The notes: a model not told the origin generated them from the letters alone. DNA of 12,004 nt from Cyanobacteria bacterium P01_D01_bin.156 (GCA_039024555.1 JBCCQQ010000104.1:1-12004), one strand, 5' to 3'; positions 1 to 7,441 are shown, counted from the first letter of the stretch. Translations and numbers: made by a program.

Positions 1-266
1 AAACGACGCATCCACGACACCTATCTGGAAATGGGTTGGCACAATGGCGTTCTCAATCAAGTCGTGATTGAGGTTCATGAACTCATAAGGCTGCTCAAAG
101 TGACGACGATAGGTCCGCTCCGACAGATCGCTATAACGACTCAGATTGGTGAAGTTCACCTTGCCACACATCACATAGATGGTGGCAAACAAAGTGATTA
201 AAAACCGATGACGAGGTTTGCTAAATGGCCCACTTTTTGGAGTAGACCCGGTATCATGCATGTCAT
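1..266 (-). pseudogene. N-terminal part of a DDE transposase with a frameshift at an A5 run
   Basis: ATG at 266 gives MTCMIPGLLQK. After a -1 shift at 234-238 the frame reads SGPFSKPRHRFLITLFATIYVMCGKVNFTNLSRYSDLSERTYRRHFEQPYEFMNLNHDLIENAIVPTHFQIGVVDASF. KVNFTNLSRYS..SERTY.R.F and the first catalytic-type D in VVDASF are typical of this transposase family. Not in the ORF track. Confidence 0.75.
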
Positions 267-356
267 AGCTATTCAGGTGGGTTTGTCTGTTAACAAAACC
301 TTAGAGCCTGAATAGCTTTTCTGGCTAGTTCTCTCGCTTTTCTGTCCGGACTATTG
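1..356 (-). mobile_element. 5' end of an IS4/IS701-like DDE insertion sequence (continues beyond window start)
   Basis: Transposase-like reading frame on the minus strand. Putative terminus 5'-CAATAGTCCGGACAG (minus strand, 356-342). Hairpin 267-317 lies upstream of the ATG. The other end is outside the window, so the IR is not confirmed. Confidence 0.7.
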
Positions 357-985
357 TTATGTCAGTAGTTTTAGTAAAATTGTTCCTGAATATTTGCTCA
401 AGGCGGTAACCAGCCAGCTGATTAGATGATTCGTTTTGAGTTGTTGCAAGCCCTGCAAGTATGCAATCTCAGATTAACGATTGTGTTGAACGGAAGCCAA
501 TATTTTTTGCATCAACCCCTGGATTGTACATGCTATCCCCTCTTGCGTAGAGTTAGATAGCGTTAAGAGTATTTCTCGTTTCCACCTCTGAAGCCATATC
601 TAGGCTAATATCACCTATATGAAGAATTTATAAGCATGGTGCGGCTCTCAAAAAATCTCCTTGAGAAATTATGAAGTTGCGGCAGGGACAGAACCCTGCA
701 TCTTGTTAAGCTTGGATACTTAGTGGAGTCTCATCTTAGTCCGCCTTTGAAACCTTGATGCCGACACTTTCAATCTCATTTCTCAAAATTAGTGAATGAA
801 GCAACACTTATTCTCTAATTTTTCTTTGATTTTTTAGGATGATTACAAAAGGCAAAGCCTTATATTTTAGACTGAAGCGATTAAAGACATCAAAACTTGT
901 AACTTGAATCAAAGTTCTGATGATTACTGCTCATCCTACGAACTCATCAGATCGCATGCTGAATCGAAAGTGAAAATTGCAAATC

Positions 986-1831
986 TTAGAGCGGAATAAT
1001 AGCATCCAATAACATTGCACATGCGATCATAAAAAACACCGCTATAAGCAGCATGTCTCTAACCATAGGCCAATCTTCCTTAGCTATCGAGACTTTTAAT
1101 AGCTGATTCACAACATTTACAAATCCCAAAAAAGATGATGAAACATATGGTTTATTCTCAGGTATATTAACAACATCATATCTATTCTTGTAGTCTTGTG
1201 AAGGTTCTCTATCAAGGTATTCAATAGTTCCATCGACTATTCTACCTGCTGCAGAGAAGCTAGTTTTTGCAGATATGCCTTCTTCCTCAGAGACTGTAAG
1301 AATTACAGTGACAGAGTCACTTTGATTGAGCAAAGTTCTTTCGCATTCGATCTTATCTGTTACATGACTACCATCTCGGATAAGTACAATATTTGAGTCA
1401 CTTTGCTGTATTTGGCGAGCCTCTATTATTAAACCAGATACCGATAGTTCCAAAGGCATATAGTAATCACTTGGCAAAATAGGCTGGTTACCTATATTTT
1501 CCACTTTGATTTGTAAACTAGCCAAGTTCTTTACTGATGAGCCTTCGTACTCAATTTTAATCTTATCAACAACATCCCTTTGTGTACGAATCAGAGGCAA
1601 GTAAGATGTTATGTAAATTAGCAGCTGCTTTCTTGGCCGTGACTGTTCAGCGAGTCTATTTTGTTCTTCAGCAAGTTCTGTTTGCTTCTGAGCAATAGCA
1701 CTTTGCTGCCGTGCAATTCTAAAGCTTAAAAAACCAAATAGAATGGTTGCAATGACTCCAAGAATAGTGCCGATAGCACCTGAATACGTTAGAAGTGAAG
1801 ACCAATCCAGAGTAGACCAATCAATTTTCAT
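986..1831 (-). CDS. Hypothetical membrane-anchored protein (281 aa)
   Basis: Long AT-rich ORF. N-terminal hydrophobic helix (LLTYSGAIGTILGVIATILFGFLSF), Q/E-rich coiled segment, beta-rich middle (VENIGNQPILPSDY, LLNQSD), C-terminal hydrophobic helix (LLIAVFFMIACAMLL). Confidence 0.8.
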   Translation of the reverse strand: MKIDWSTLDWSSLLTYSGAIGTILGVIATILFGFLSFRIARQQSAIAQKQTELAEEQNRLAEQSRPRKQLLIYITSYLPLIRTQRDVVDKIKIEYEGSSVKNLASLQIKVENIGNQPILPSDYYMPLELSVSGLIIEARQIQQSDSNIVLIRDGSHVTDKIECERTLLNQSDSVTVILTVSEEEGISAKTSFSAAGRIVDGTIEYLDREPSQDYKNRYDVVNIPENKPYVSSSFLGFVNVVNQLLKVSIAKEDWPMVRDMLLIAVFFMIACAMLLDAIIPL

Positions 1832-1878
1832 ACACCAAAACTCAATTCAGCATGTACCGCACATAACATATCATTTCT

Positions 1879-2621
1879 GGCGTTGCATAATTAAGGGATG
1901 TTTTCTGGGTGCATGTGATGGAATGTCCCGAGTGTCAGTCAACTCATCTTCGAAAGAACGATCACCGGCGCGGTAAACAAAATCATCTGTGTTTAGAGTG
2001 CGGTCGTCAGTTTGTTGAAAATTCAAGCGTTGAACGAGGTTATTCTGATGATATGCGACAGTTATGCCTTCGCATGTACGTGAACGGCATGGGGTTTCGA
2101 GGCATTGAACGCGTTACGGGAGTTCATCACATCACGGTGATTACTTGGGTTAAGCAGGTTGGTGAGTGACTGCCTGATGCGTACAGTCCTGATACCTCAC
2201 CTGAGGTCGGTGAACTCGATGAGTTGGAGACATTCGTTGGCTCAAAAAAACAAGATTTGGATTTGGACAGCGGTGGACCCGGCATTCTTGCCTGGTCAGT
2301 CGGTGATCATAGTGCCGAAACATTCAAACCAGTTGGGCCGCTGTTCAAATGTAGCCGTGTTATTTTTACGTCACCGATGGATGGAACGTCTATCCAGGCT
2401 TCATTCCTGAGGGTGACTACATTATCTCTAAGACCTACATGACACAGGTGGAAGGAGAAAATACCCTACTCCGACATTATCTGGCTCGATTACATTGAAA
2501 GGCTTTGTGTTACTCGAAATCAGTCGATATGTTAAAGCATTCTATTCGACTGTTAGGACGCTATTTGAGATTTTGGGACGTCCCTCTACCTGCCAGAAAC
2601 ATCTCGTGAATCAGCAACGCC
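1879..2621 (+). mobile_element. IS1-family insertion sequence, 743 bp, decayed
   Basis: Imperfect terminal IRs: GGCGTTGCATAATTAAGGGATGTTTTCTGG from 1879 versus the reverse complement of the right end, GGCGTTGCTGATTCACGAGATGTTTCTGG, ending at 2621. Flanks TCATTTCT (1871-1878) and AAATTTCT (2622-2629) match 6/8, consistent with an aged 8-bp target duplication. Confidence 0.92.
1918..2609 (+). pseudogene. IS1-family transposase (InsA/InsB-like) pseudogene
   Basis: Zinc ribbon CPEC...CLEC plus HTH (GMGFRGIERVTGVHHITVITW). A7C slippery site at 2244-2251. InsB motifs KIWIWTAVD, VTDGW, VEGENT.LRHYLARL. Premature stops TGA 2167-2169, TAG 2352-2354 and TGA 2496-2498; extra frameshifts near 2279 and 2331. 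Confidence 0.92.
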
Positions 2622-2908
2622 AAATTTCTCAATATCCACGAAGCTATCTAACAACTAATTGGATAGAACTTTCTGCCCAACCATCTAGACGTCACACCAC
2701 AGCCTAGCTTTGACAGCAAGAAACTCTCAAAGCCTCTTTTTTCCTCCGATTGGATACTGACGGGTGTTTCAGTGAGTAGTCCAGAATCTTAAGATAGAAC
2801 CGTAGAATAAAGGCCTTGGGAAACTGGCACACTCAGACCACCTCATATCTTAAGTTAACCTGGGGAGCAAAAGATTTTATAGATGCTGTGTACTACTCGT
2901 TTATAAAA

Positions 2909-3400
2909 TCAGCCGCTCACGGTAACTAAGAACTTTCTTAGCAGGGTAATCAACGTTTTTGTTTCAGATTTACTTAAGTCTTCTAACAGCTGATTTTCCT
3001 GTTCAAACAAGACAGGCATAACCGTGTCAACTTTCTCAATGCCCTTATTTGTTAGCTGTACCGTAACGCTGCGTCGATCGTCTGGGTCTCGCAACCGAGT
3101 AACCAGACCGGCCTTTTCCAAACGATCAATGCGGTTGGTCATGGCTCCTGAAGACAGCATCAGCAAACCATAAAGCTCGGTGGGTTTGAGCTGATAGGGT
3201 GGTCCCTGTCGTCGGAGGGTGGCCAACATATCGAAGGACCAAAGCGTTAGGTCAAAGTCGTCCAAGATACCTTCTCGCTGCTTTTCCAGTAACCGAGCCA
3301 GCTGCAAAATTCGCCCAACCACAGCCAGGGAAGAGACATCCAACTGGGGAGACTCGTGCTCCCACTGGGTCAAAATTGTGTCGATTTTATCCTGTGTCAT
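2909..3400 (-). CDS. pecS: MarR-family repressor, PecS/UrtR (urate-responsive) subfamily, 163 aa
   Basis: Extra N-terminal helix with W13. FDMLATLRR (D57, R64) and SSGAMTNR (R90) match the spacing of the HucR W20/D73/R80/R106 signature. Wing motif DPDDRRS. Divergent from a PecM-like gene. Start taken as ATG 3400 rather than the upstream TTG, which lies in the operator. Confidence 0.88.
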   Translation of the reverse strand: MTQDKIDTILTQWEHESPQLDVSSLAVVGRILQLARLLEKQREGILDDFDLTLWSFDMLATLRRQGPPYQLKPTELYGLLMLSSGAMTNRIDRLEKAGLVTRLRDPDDRRSVTVQLTNKGIEKVDTVMPVLFEQENQLLEDLSKSETKTLITLLRKFLVTVSG

Positions 3401-3410
3401 GACTCCATTA

Positions 3411-3428
3411 TATCTTGATATCAAGATA
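3411..3428. promoter_or_regulatory. MarR/PecS operator 1: perfect 18-bp palindrome TATCTTGATATCAAGATA
   Basis: Perfect palindrome 10 bp upstream of the marR ATG, identical to operator 2. Confidence 0.9.
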
Positions 3429-3429
3429 C

Positions 3430-3458
3430 TTGACGTTTATCTTCGCATTAAATATCTT
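3430..3458 (+). promoter_or_regulatory. Probable sigma70-type promoter of the VOC-pecM-snoaL operon
   Basis: -35 TTGACG (3430-3435), 17-bp spacer, -10 TATCTT (3453-3458) lying inside operator 2. Confidence 0.6.
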
Positions 3459-3471
3459 GATATCAAGATAT
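3452..3471. promoter_or_regulatory. MarR/PecS operator 2: perfect 20-bp palindrome ATATCTTGATATCAAGATAT
   Basis: Perfect palindrome. Its 18-bp core starts 42 bp after operator 1, about four helical turns. Confidence 0.9.
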
Positions 3472-3518
3472 AAATTCAAGAAGCGATTTGATATCGCCAG
3501 TTTTTAATGGAGGGCAGT

Positions 3519-3911
3519 ATGCAGATCAAACGGCTTGACCATGTTGGTCTTCGAGTGATGCATGTGGATCGGGTGATGAAGTTTTATCAAACCCTTGGAT
3601 TTGCGGTCATTCGAAAAGATGAAAAAGAACAGGTGTTTGTTGTTAAGCATCCCAGTGGTATTGAAATTAATCTGATTGCCCGAGGGAATCTCAACCATGA
3701 TCAACACAACATTCTTATGGATGGAGAAGAGCGCTATGGGGGCTATACCCACTATGCGATCGCAGTGGAATCCATCGCCGAAGCCCAGGCTTTTTTAGAG
3801 GCTCGCCATATTGAGATTACCGAAGGCCCTGTCACCTTTGGCGATGGCAAACGGTCGATTTTTGTGCGGGACCCGGACTTAAATGTTCTTGAATTTACTC
3901 AGCTACCGTAG
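3519..3911 (+). CDS. VOC (glyoxalase/bleomycin resistance/extradiol dioxygenase) family protein, 130 aa
   Basis: LDHVGLRV...FYQTLGF, THYAIAV and FVRDPDLNVLEF motifs with H/E/H/E candidate metal ligands. SD-like GGAGGG at 3509-3514 favours ATG 3519 over 3507. Confidence 0.92.
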   Translation: MQIKRLDHVGLRVMHVDRVMKFYQTLGFAVIRKDEKEQVFVVKHPSGIEINLIARGNLNHDQHNILMDGEERYGGYTHYAIAVESIAEAQAFLEARHIEITEGPVTFGDGKRSIFVRDPDLNVLEFTQLP

Positions 3912-3926
3912 TAGTGGAATACAACC

Positions 3927-4814
3927 ATGAAAACTTCAGCTTTAGGAAATATTGTTCTCACGGCGATGGCCCCCATGGTCTGGGGAACGACGTATATCGT
4001 TGCAACAGAGTTTTTGCCCCCTGGGCATCCATTGCTGGTGGCGGCATTGCGATCGCTACCCATCGGTCTCCTGCTTACCCTTACCCTAAGAAAACTACCC
4101 CACGGCATTTGGTGGTGGCGGATGCTGGTGCTAGGGGCGCTAAATATCGGAATCTTTCAGGCATTGTTATTTGTGGCGGCCTATCGTTTGCCAGGGGGTG
4201 TGGCAGCCACTGCCGGGGCGATTCAGCCGTTGCTGGTGGGTCTGCTTTCATGGTTGATTTTGCAAGAAAAACCCGCTAAAGGGTCGTTCGCTATTGCAAT
4301 TTTAGGATTTGTCGGCATTGGCATGTTGGTTCTGGGGCCGTCGGCTCGGCTAGATTCCTGGGGTATTCTTGCCGCCCTGGCTGGGGCGGTTTCCATGGGG
4401 CTGGGAACGGTGTTGGTAAAACGCTGGCGACCGAAGGTTTCTCTGCTGGTATTCACTGCCTGGCAGCTAATGGTAGGTGGTGCGTTGTTGCTGCCGGTAG
4501 CTCTGGTGATAGAAGGACCCTTTACCGAATTTACCCCCATGAACATGCAGGGTCTGATCTATTTGTGCACGGTGGGGACAGGGTTAGCTTACCTACTATG
4601 GTTTCGCGGCATTGGCCAGCTTTCTGCTACGGCTGTTTCCTACCTGGGGTTGTTGAGTCCTGTAACTGCCACGTTGTTAGGATTCTTCTGGCTCCATCAA
4701 ACCCTTACCCCCATTCAGCTGATGGGAATTTTCATTATCTTTTCTAGCGTGCTGCTAGGGCAAACGATTACCATGTCTCGCTCGACACAATTACGCATTC
4801 CTAGACGGGCCTAA
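3927..4814 (+). CDS. pecM: EamA/DMT-family efflux transporter, PecM-like (295 aa)
   Basis: About ten hydrophobic helices in two EamA repeats. PecM-type motifs APMVWGTTYIVATEFLPPGHPL, LGALNIG.FQALLF.AAYRLPGGVAA, TAWQL..GG and LLSP..A. Confidence 0.88.
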   Translation: MKTSALGNIVLTAMAPMVWGTTYIVATEFLPPGHPLLVAALRSLPIGLLLTLTLRKLPHGIWWWRMLVLGALNIGIFQALLFVAAYRLPGGVAATAGAIQPLLVGLLSWLILQEKPAKGSFAIAILGFVGIGMLVLGPSARLDSWGILAALAGAVSMGLGTVLVKRWRPKVSLLVFTAWQLMVGGALLLPVALVIEGPFTEFTPMNMQGLIYLCTVGTGLAYLLWFRGIGQLSATAVSYLGLLSPVTATLLGFFWLHQTLTPIQLMGIFIIFSSVLLGQTITMSRSTQLRIPRRA

Positions 4815-4872
4815 CCAATTTCTCCCATCTCTTTTGAAACACAATCACCCTTTAGAAAATTTGGAGAATACT

Positions 4873-5253
4873 ATGACTATTCAACAAGCTAATATTACAA
4901 TAAACAGAACAGAGTTTATTACTGAACTGTACCAAAGCGTGGATGCGCGCAGTGTTGAAAGACTCTCAACATTTCTGGCCGATGATGTTAACTTTCAGTT
5001 TGCCAATGCTCCAGCTCTCCAGGGTAAAGCCGCTGTTTTAGAGGTTAATGCTGCATTTTTTAAGACCATTGCTGCTATGTCCCATCGCATTGATAATGTT
5101 TGGGGCCAGGGAGATGACATCATCTGTAATGGTCAGGTGAACTATACCCGATTGGATGGCAGTCACTTTGCCGTGCCTTTCGCTACTGTGCTCACACTTC
5201 AAAAAGATCAGATCGTAAACTACCTGATTTATGTCGATGTTTCGGAGCTATAG
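4873..5253 (+). CDS. NTF2/SnoaL-like protein (126 aa)
   Basis: LY.SVDA...L..FLADDV.F.FANAP..QG, G.V.YTRLDG and I..Y.IYVD pattern of SnoaL-like folds. GGAGA at 4863-4867 precedes ATG 4873. Confidence 0.85.
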   Translation: MTIQQANITINRTEFITELYQSVDARSVERLSTFLADDVNFQFANAPALQGKAAVLEVNAAFFKTIAAMSHRIDNVWGQGDDIICNGQVNYTRLDGSHFAVPFATVLTLQKDQIVNYLIYVDVSEL

Positions 5254-5364
5254 AAGAGAGTTGACTCGCTATCTCCAGAAGTATCGGAGATAAAAATGGT
5301 TGAAAGAACGAAACTGCCAACCCCGAAACAATTAGGCAGGTTGACATTTTCCTAAAGCAAAGGA

Positions 5365-5799
5365 TTAATGGGGTTCTGGAGTTATCGTCAGTTTGTGAGG
5401 AGATACGGTTGAGTCACCATTAGCCCGATGACAAAGGATGATGAGTGAAATTGTAGCCACCGTCAACTCAATCGCAGTTGCAGTCATCAGATTGTTTGAG
5501 GGTATGCCATCCAGGGTGAGACTCAGCAAGCGAGAGAGGCCAAAAGAGCCATAAACAAGTGTGGTTAGAGTGAGTGCTAGCGATCTCAGCCCATGGCGAA
5601 ATGTTCCAATGAGAATAAGCACAGCGCTACCCGTGAGCAGTCCACCCGGAGCGCGAATTTCCGAGAGTAGGCTAGGGTCATTACCCAGCATAATGCCGTC
5701 GCTAGCATAGAAGGCATGGGGCACGAGCAAAATAGTGCCACCAATGACTAGCAGTAACAAACCGGAGGCAAAGAGAAAGAGAGGAGTCAGGCTTTTCAT
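5365..5799 (-). CDS. Four-helix membrane protein, DUF4345-like (144 aa)
   Basis: Four hydrophobic segments; LLSEIRAPGG and G.SRLLSL..DG.P motifs; AAGGA upstream of the ATG. Confidence 0.78.
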   Translation of the reverse strand: MKSLTPLFLFASGLLLLVIGGTILLVPHAFYASDGIMLGNDPSLLSEIRAPGGLLTGSAVLILIGTFRHGLRSLALTLTTLVYGSFGLSRLLSLTLDGIPSNNLMTATAIELTVATISLIILCHRANGDSTVSPHKLTITPEPH

Positions 5800-5873
5800 A
5801 GGATTTTCCTTGGCAACAGGAGTTTATCGTTGTTTTGCTGCCTGTGTTTGAAATCTATGATGCAAGCATTTTA

Positions 5874-5921
5874 TTGGACGATCAATGGCAATTTATCCAT
5901 AATTCTTGACTGATCGTCTAA
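5874..5921. promoter_or_regulatory. Inverted repeat TTGGACGATCA-N26-TGATCGTCTAA, candidate AraC operator
   Basis: 10/11 inverted match in the divergent intergenic region. Related half-sites at 5891-5899 (ATTTATCCA) and 5928-5935 (TGGATGAG). Confidence 0.55.
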
Positions 5922-5953
5922 AATTTCTGGATGAGTAGACAAATCTAAGCGCT

Positions 5954-6940
5954 ATGCCGATAGCTGAAACCACCTACCCCACACCTAGTCCCCTGCCGCC
6001 ACGGGACCCTCTCGGAGAGGTGCTTCATCTGCTGCGTCTTACGAGCACTCTGCACTGCCGGGCTGAGCTAACGGCACCATGGGGTATGGATATTCCTCAA
6101 ATTGACGATTGCATGGTCCTTCAGATTGTCAATACTGGCCGTTGTTGGATTGAAGTGGACGGCGAAAACCCTCGTGAACTGCAGGCAGGTAGCCTCGTTC
6201 TACTGCCCCATGGAACGCCTCACAAACTATGCAATGAGCCCAATGGTGTCACACTACCGCTCTTCGACATTCCGGTAGAGAAAATCAGCGAGCGCTATGA
6301 GATTATGCGGCATGGAGGTGGCGGCGACTTTACCCAAATCACCGCTGGGGTCGTCCGCGTTGATCGTTCAGCGGTTGGAAATCTGCTGACTCTGTTCCCC
6401 AAAGTCCTGCAGATTGATGCCTGGGATGACGAGAGCGGTTGGTTAGAGGGCACACTCCGGTTTATCGCTAAAGAGGCGAGAGATCTGAAACCGGGTGGAG
6501 AAACTCTCATTACTCGACTTACGGATATCCTGATCATTCAACTGATCCGGACATGGGTTGATTCAGTATCCGGGGCCAACCAAGGCTGGCTCGCAGCGTT
6601 ACGGGATGAACAGATCGGCCAGGCCCTGGTGTTGATCCATCGTGAACCCCAACATGCATGGACGGTAGGGTCTCTGGCCGATGTGGTGAATATGTCTCGT
6701 TCAGGCTTCTCTGCACGGTTTACGGAACTTGTTGGTCAACCCGTCATGACTTACTTGACGCGGTGGCGAATGCAACTTGCCCACAGGTTGCTTTGTGAGA
6801 CCTCGCTATCGCTTGCTGCGATCGCAGACCGGGTTGGTTATCAATCGGAAGCGGCGTTATCAAGAGCCTTTAGACGGATATACGATGTCCCACCGGGAAG
6901 CATTCGCCGGGCTGACCGCTCTGCGTGCGCCAAGCTATAA
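5954..6940 (+). CDS. AraC-family regulator with N-terminal cupin domain (Cupin_6/RclR-like architecture), 328 aa
   Basis: DPL..VL..LRL, APWG, LLPHG..H cupin motifs; GWLAALRD.QIG.AL..IH..P...WTV..LA; double HTH MSRSGFSARF..LVG and VGYQSEAALSRAFRR. Confidence 0.93.
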   Translation: MPIAETTYPTPSPLPPRDPLGEVLHLLRLTSTLHCRAELTAPWGMDIPQIDDCMVLQIVNTGRCWIEVDGENPRELQAGSLVLLPHGTPHKLCNEPNGVTLPLFDIPVEKISERYEIMRHGGGGDFTQITAGVVRVDRSAVGNLLTLFPKVLQIDAWDDESGWLEGTLRFIAKEARDLKPGGETLITRLTDILIIQLIRTWVDSVSGANQGWLAALRDEQIGQALVLIHREPQHAWTVGSLADVVNMSRSGFSARFTELVGQPVMTYLTRWRMQLAHRLLCETSLSLAAIADRVGYQSEAALSRAFRRIYDVPPGSIRRADRSACAKL

Positions 6941-6964
6941 ATGCTGTTGTTGATTTGCTAAACG

Positions 6965-7177
6965 CTAGAGCTGGTCTGAAACTGATGCAAGGGCATCTGA
7001 GATAAAGCTTATAAATGCTTGAAGCTTGCCAGAGCGTTGGCGATGTTTCGGACAAACGGCATATAAGGTCAATGGCTCGCTAGACCATTCTTGCAAAATA
7101 ATTTGCAACGTTCCTTGTTGTAATGCCTCTAACGCCACAAAAATGGGTAAAAAAATGATACCGAGTCCAGCAACAGC
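6965..7177 (-). pseudogene. C-terminal 70 codons of a LysR-family regulator (substrate-binding domain remnant)
   Basis: Reads AVAGLGIIFLPIFVALEALQQGTLQIILQEWSSEPLTLYAVCPKHRQRSGKLQAFISFISDALASVSDQL*, matching the CrgA-like LysR tail pattern (G.GI..LP.F....L..G.L..IL..W....LYAV.P..R....K..AFI.F). No HTH and no 5' part. Not in the ORF track. Confidence 0.88.
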
Positions 7178-7180
7178 GGG

Positions 7181-7441
7181 CGGATTTCACCTGAATCGTC
7201 TGGTGAGACCTAAGGTTTTGCCATCGATTCAATCGAGCTTGTTGGCAATGTAACCGCTCTCGCTCGCATGCGTAGCTCATTGTTTTCAAAAGACTATATC
7301 GATCTCTTAGCCCTGATCAAAATCGATGGAAAATGGCAGATTATCTCGAAAGTTTTTCACTATACACCCCAGATCAATGTGCGGTCTGAACAGCCGCTCA
7401 CCCCATCTGAATTAGCAGGAGAAATACCATGCCCTACGTGA
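7181..7441 (+). pseudogene. C-terminal remnant of an NTF2-like (putative lumazine-binding family) protein
   Basis: Reads RISPESSGET*GFAIDSIELVGNVTALARMRSSLFSKDYIDLLALIKIDGKWQIISKVFHY...GEIPCPT*. The D.L.LIK.DG.WQIISKVF motif is typical. Internal TAA at 7211-7213; overlaps the tautomerase start by 13 nt. Not in the ORF track. Confidence 0.82.

Noticed and set aside
672..745. tRNA-like T-arm on the minus strand (GCAGGGTTCTGTCCCTGC, 699-682)
   Set aside because: The loop is not the 7-nt TTCRANY type and no matching acceptor, D or anticodon arms can be built; only a 6-bp hairpin.
1743..2707. ORFs 1743-1976, 2159-2410, 2224-2442 and 2495-2707 as independent genes
   Set aside because: They are antisense overlap or frame fragments of the decayed IS1 transposase.
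3199..4747. ORFs 3199-3402, 3219-3473, 3504-3752, 3899-4108, 3914-4279, 4223-4546 and 4565-4747
   Set aside because: Shadow frames overlapping well-supported genes, with no recognisable motifs.
5270..5292. Hairpin TATCTCC-N9-GGAGATA between convergent genes as an intrinsic terminator
   Set aside because: 7-bp stem without a following U-tract on either strand; too weak to call.
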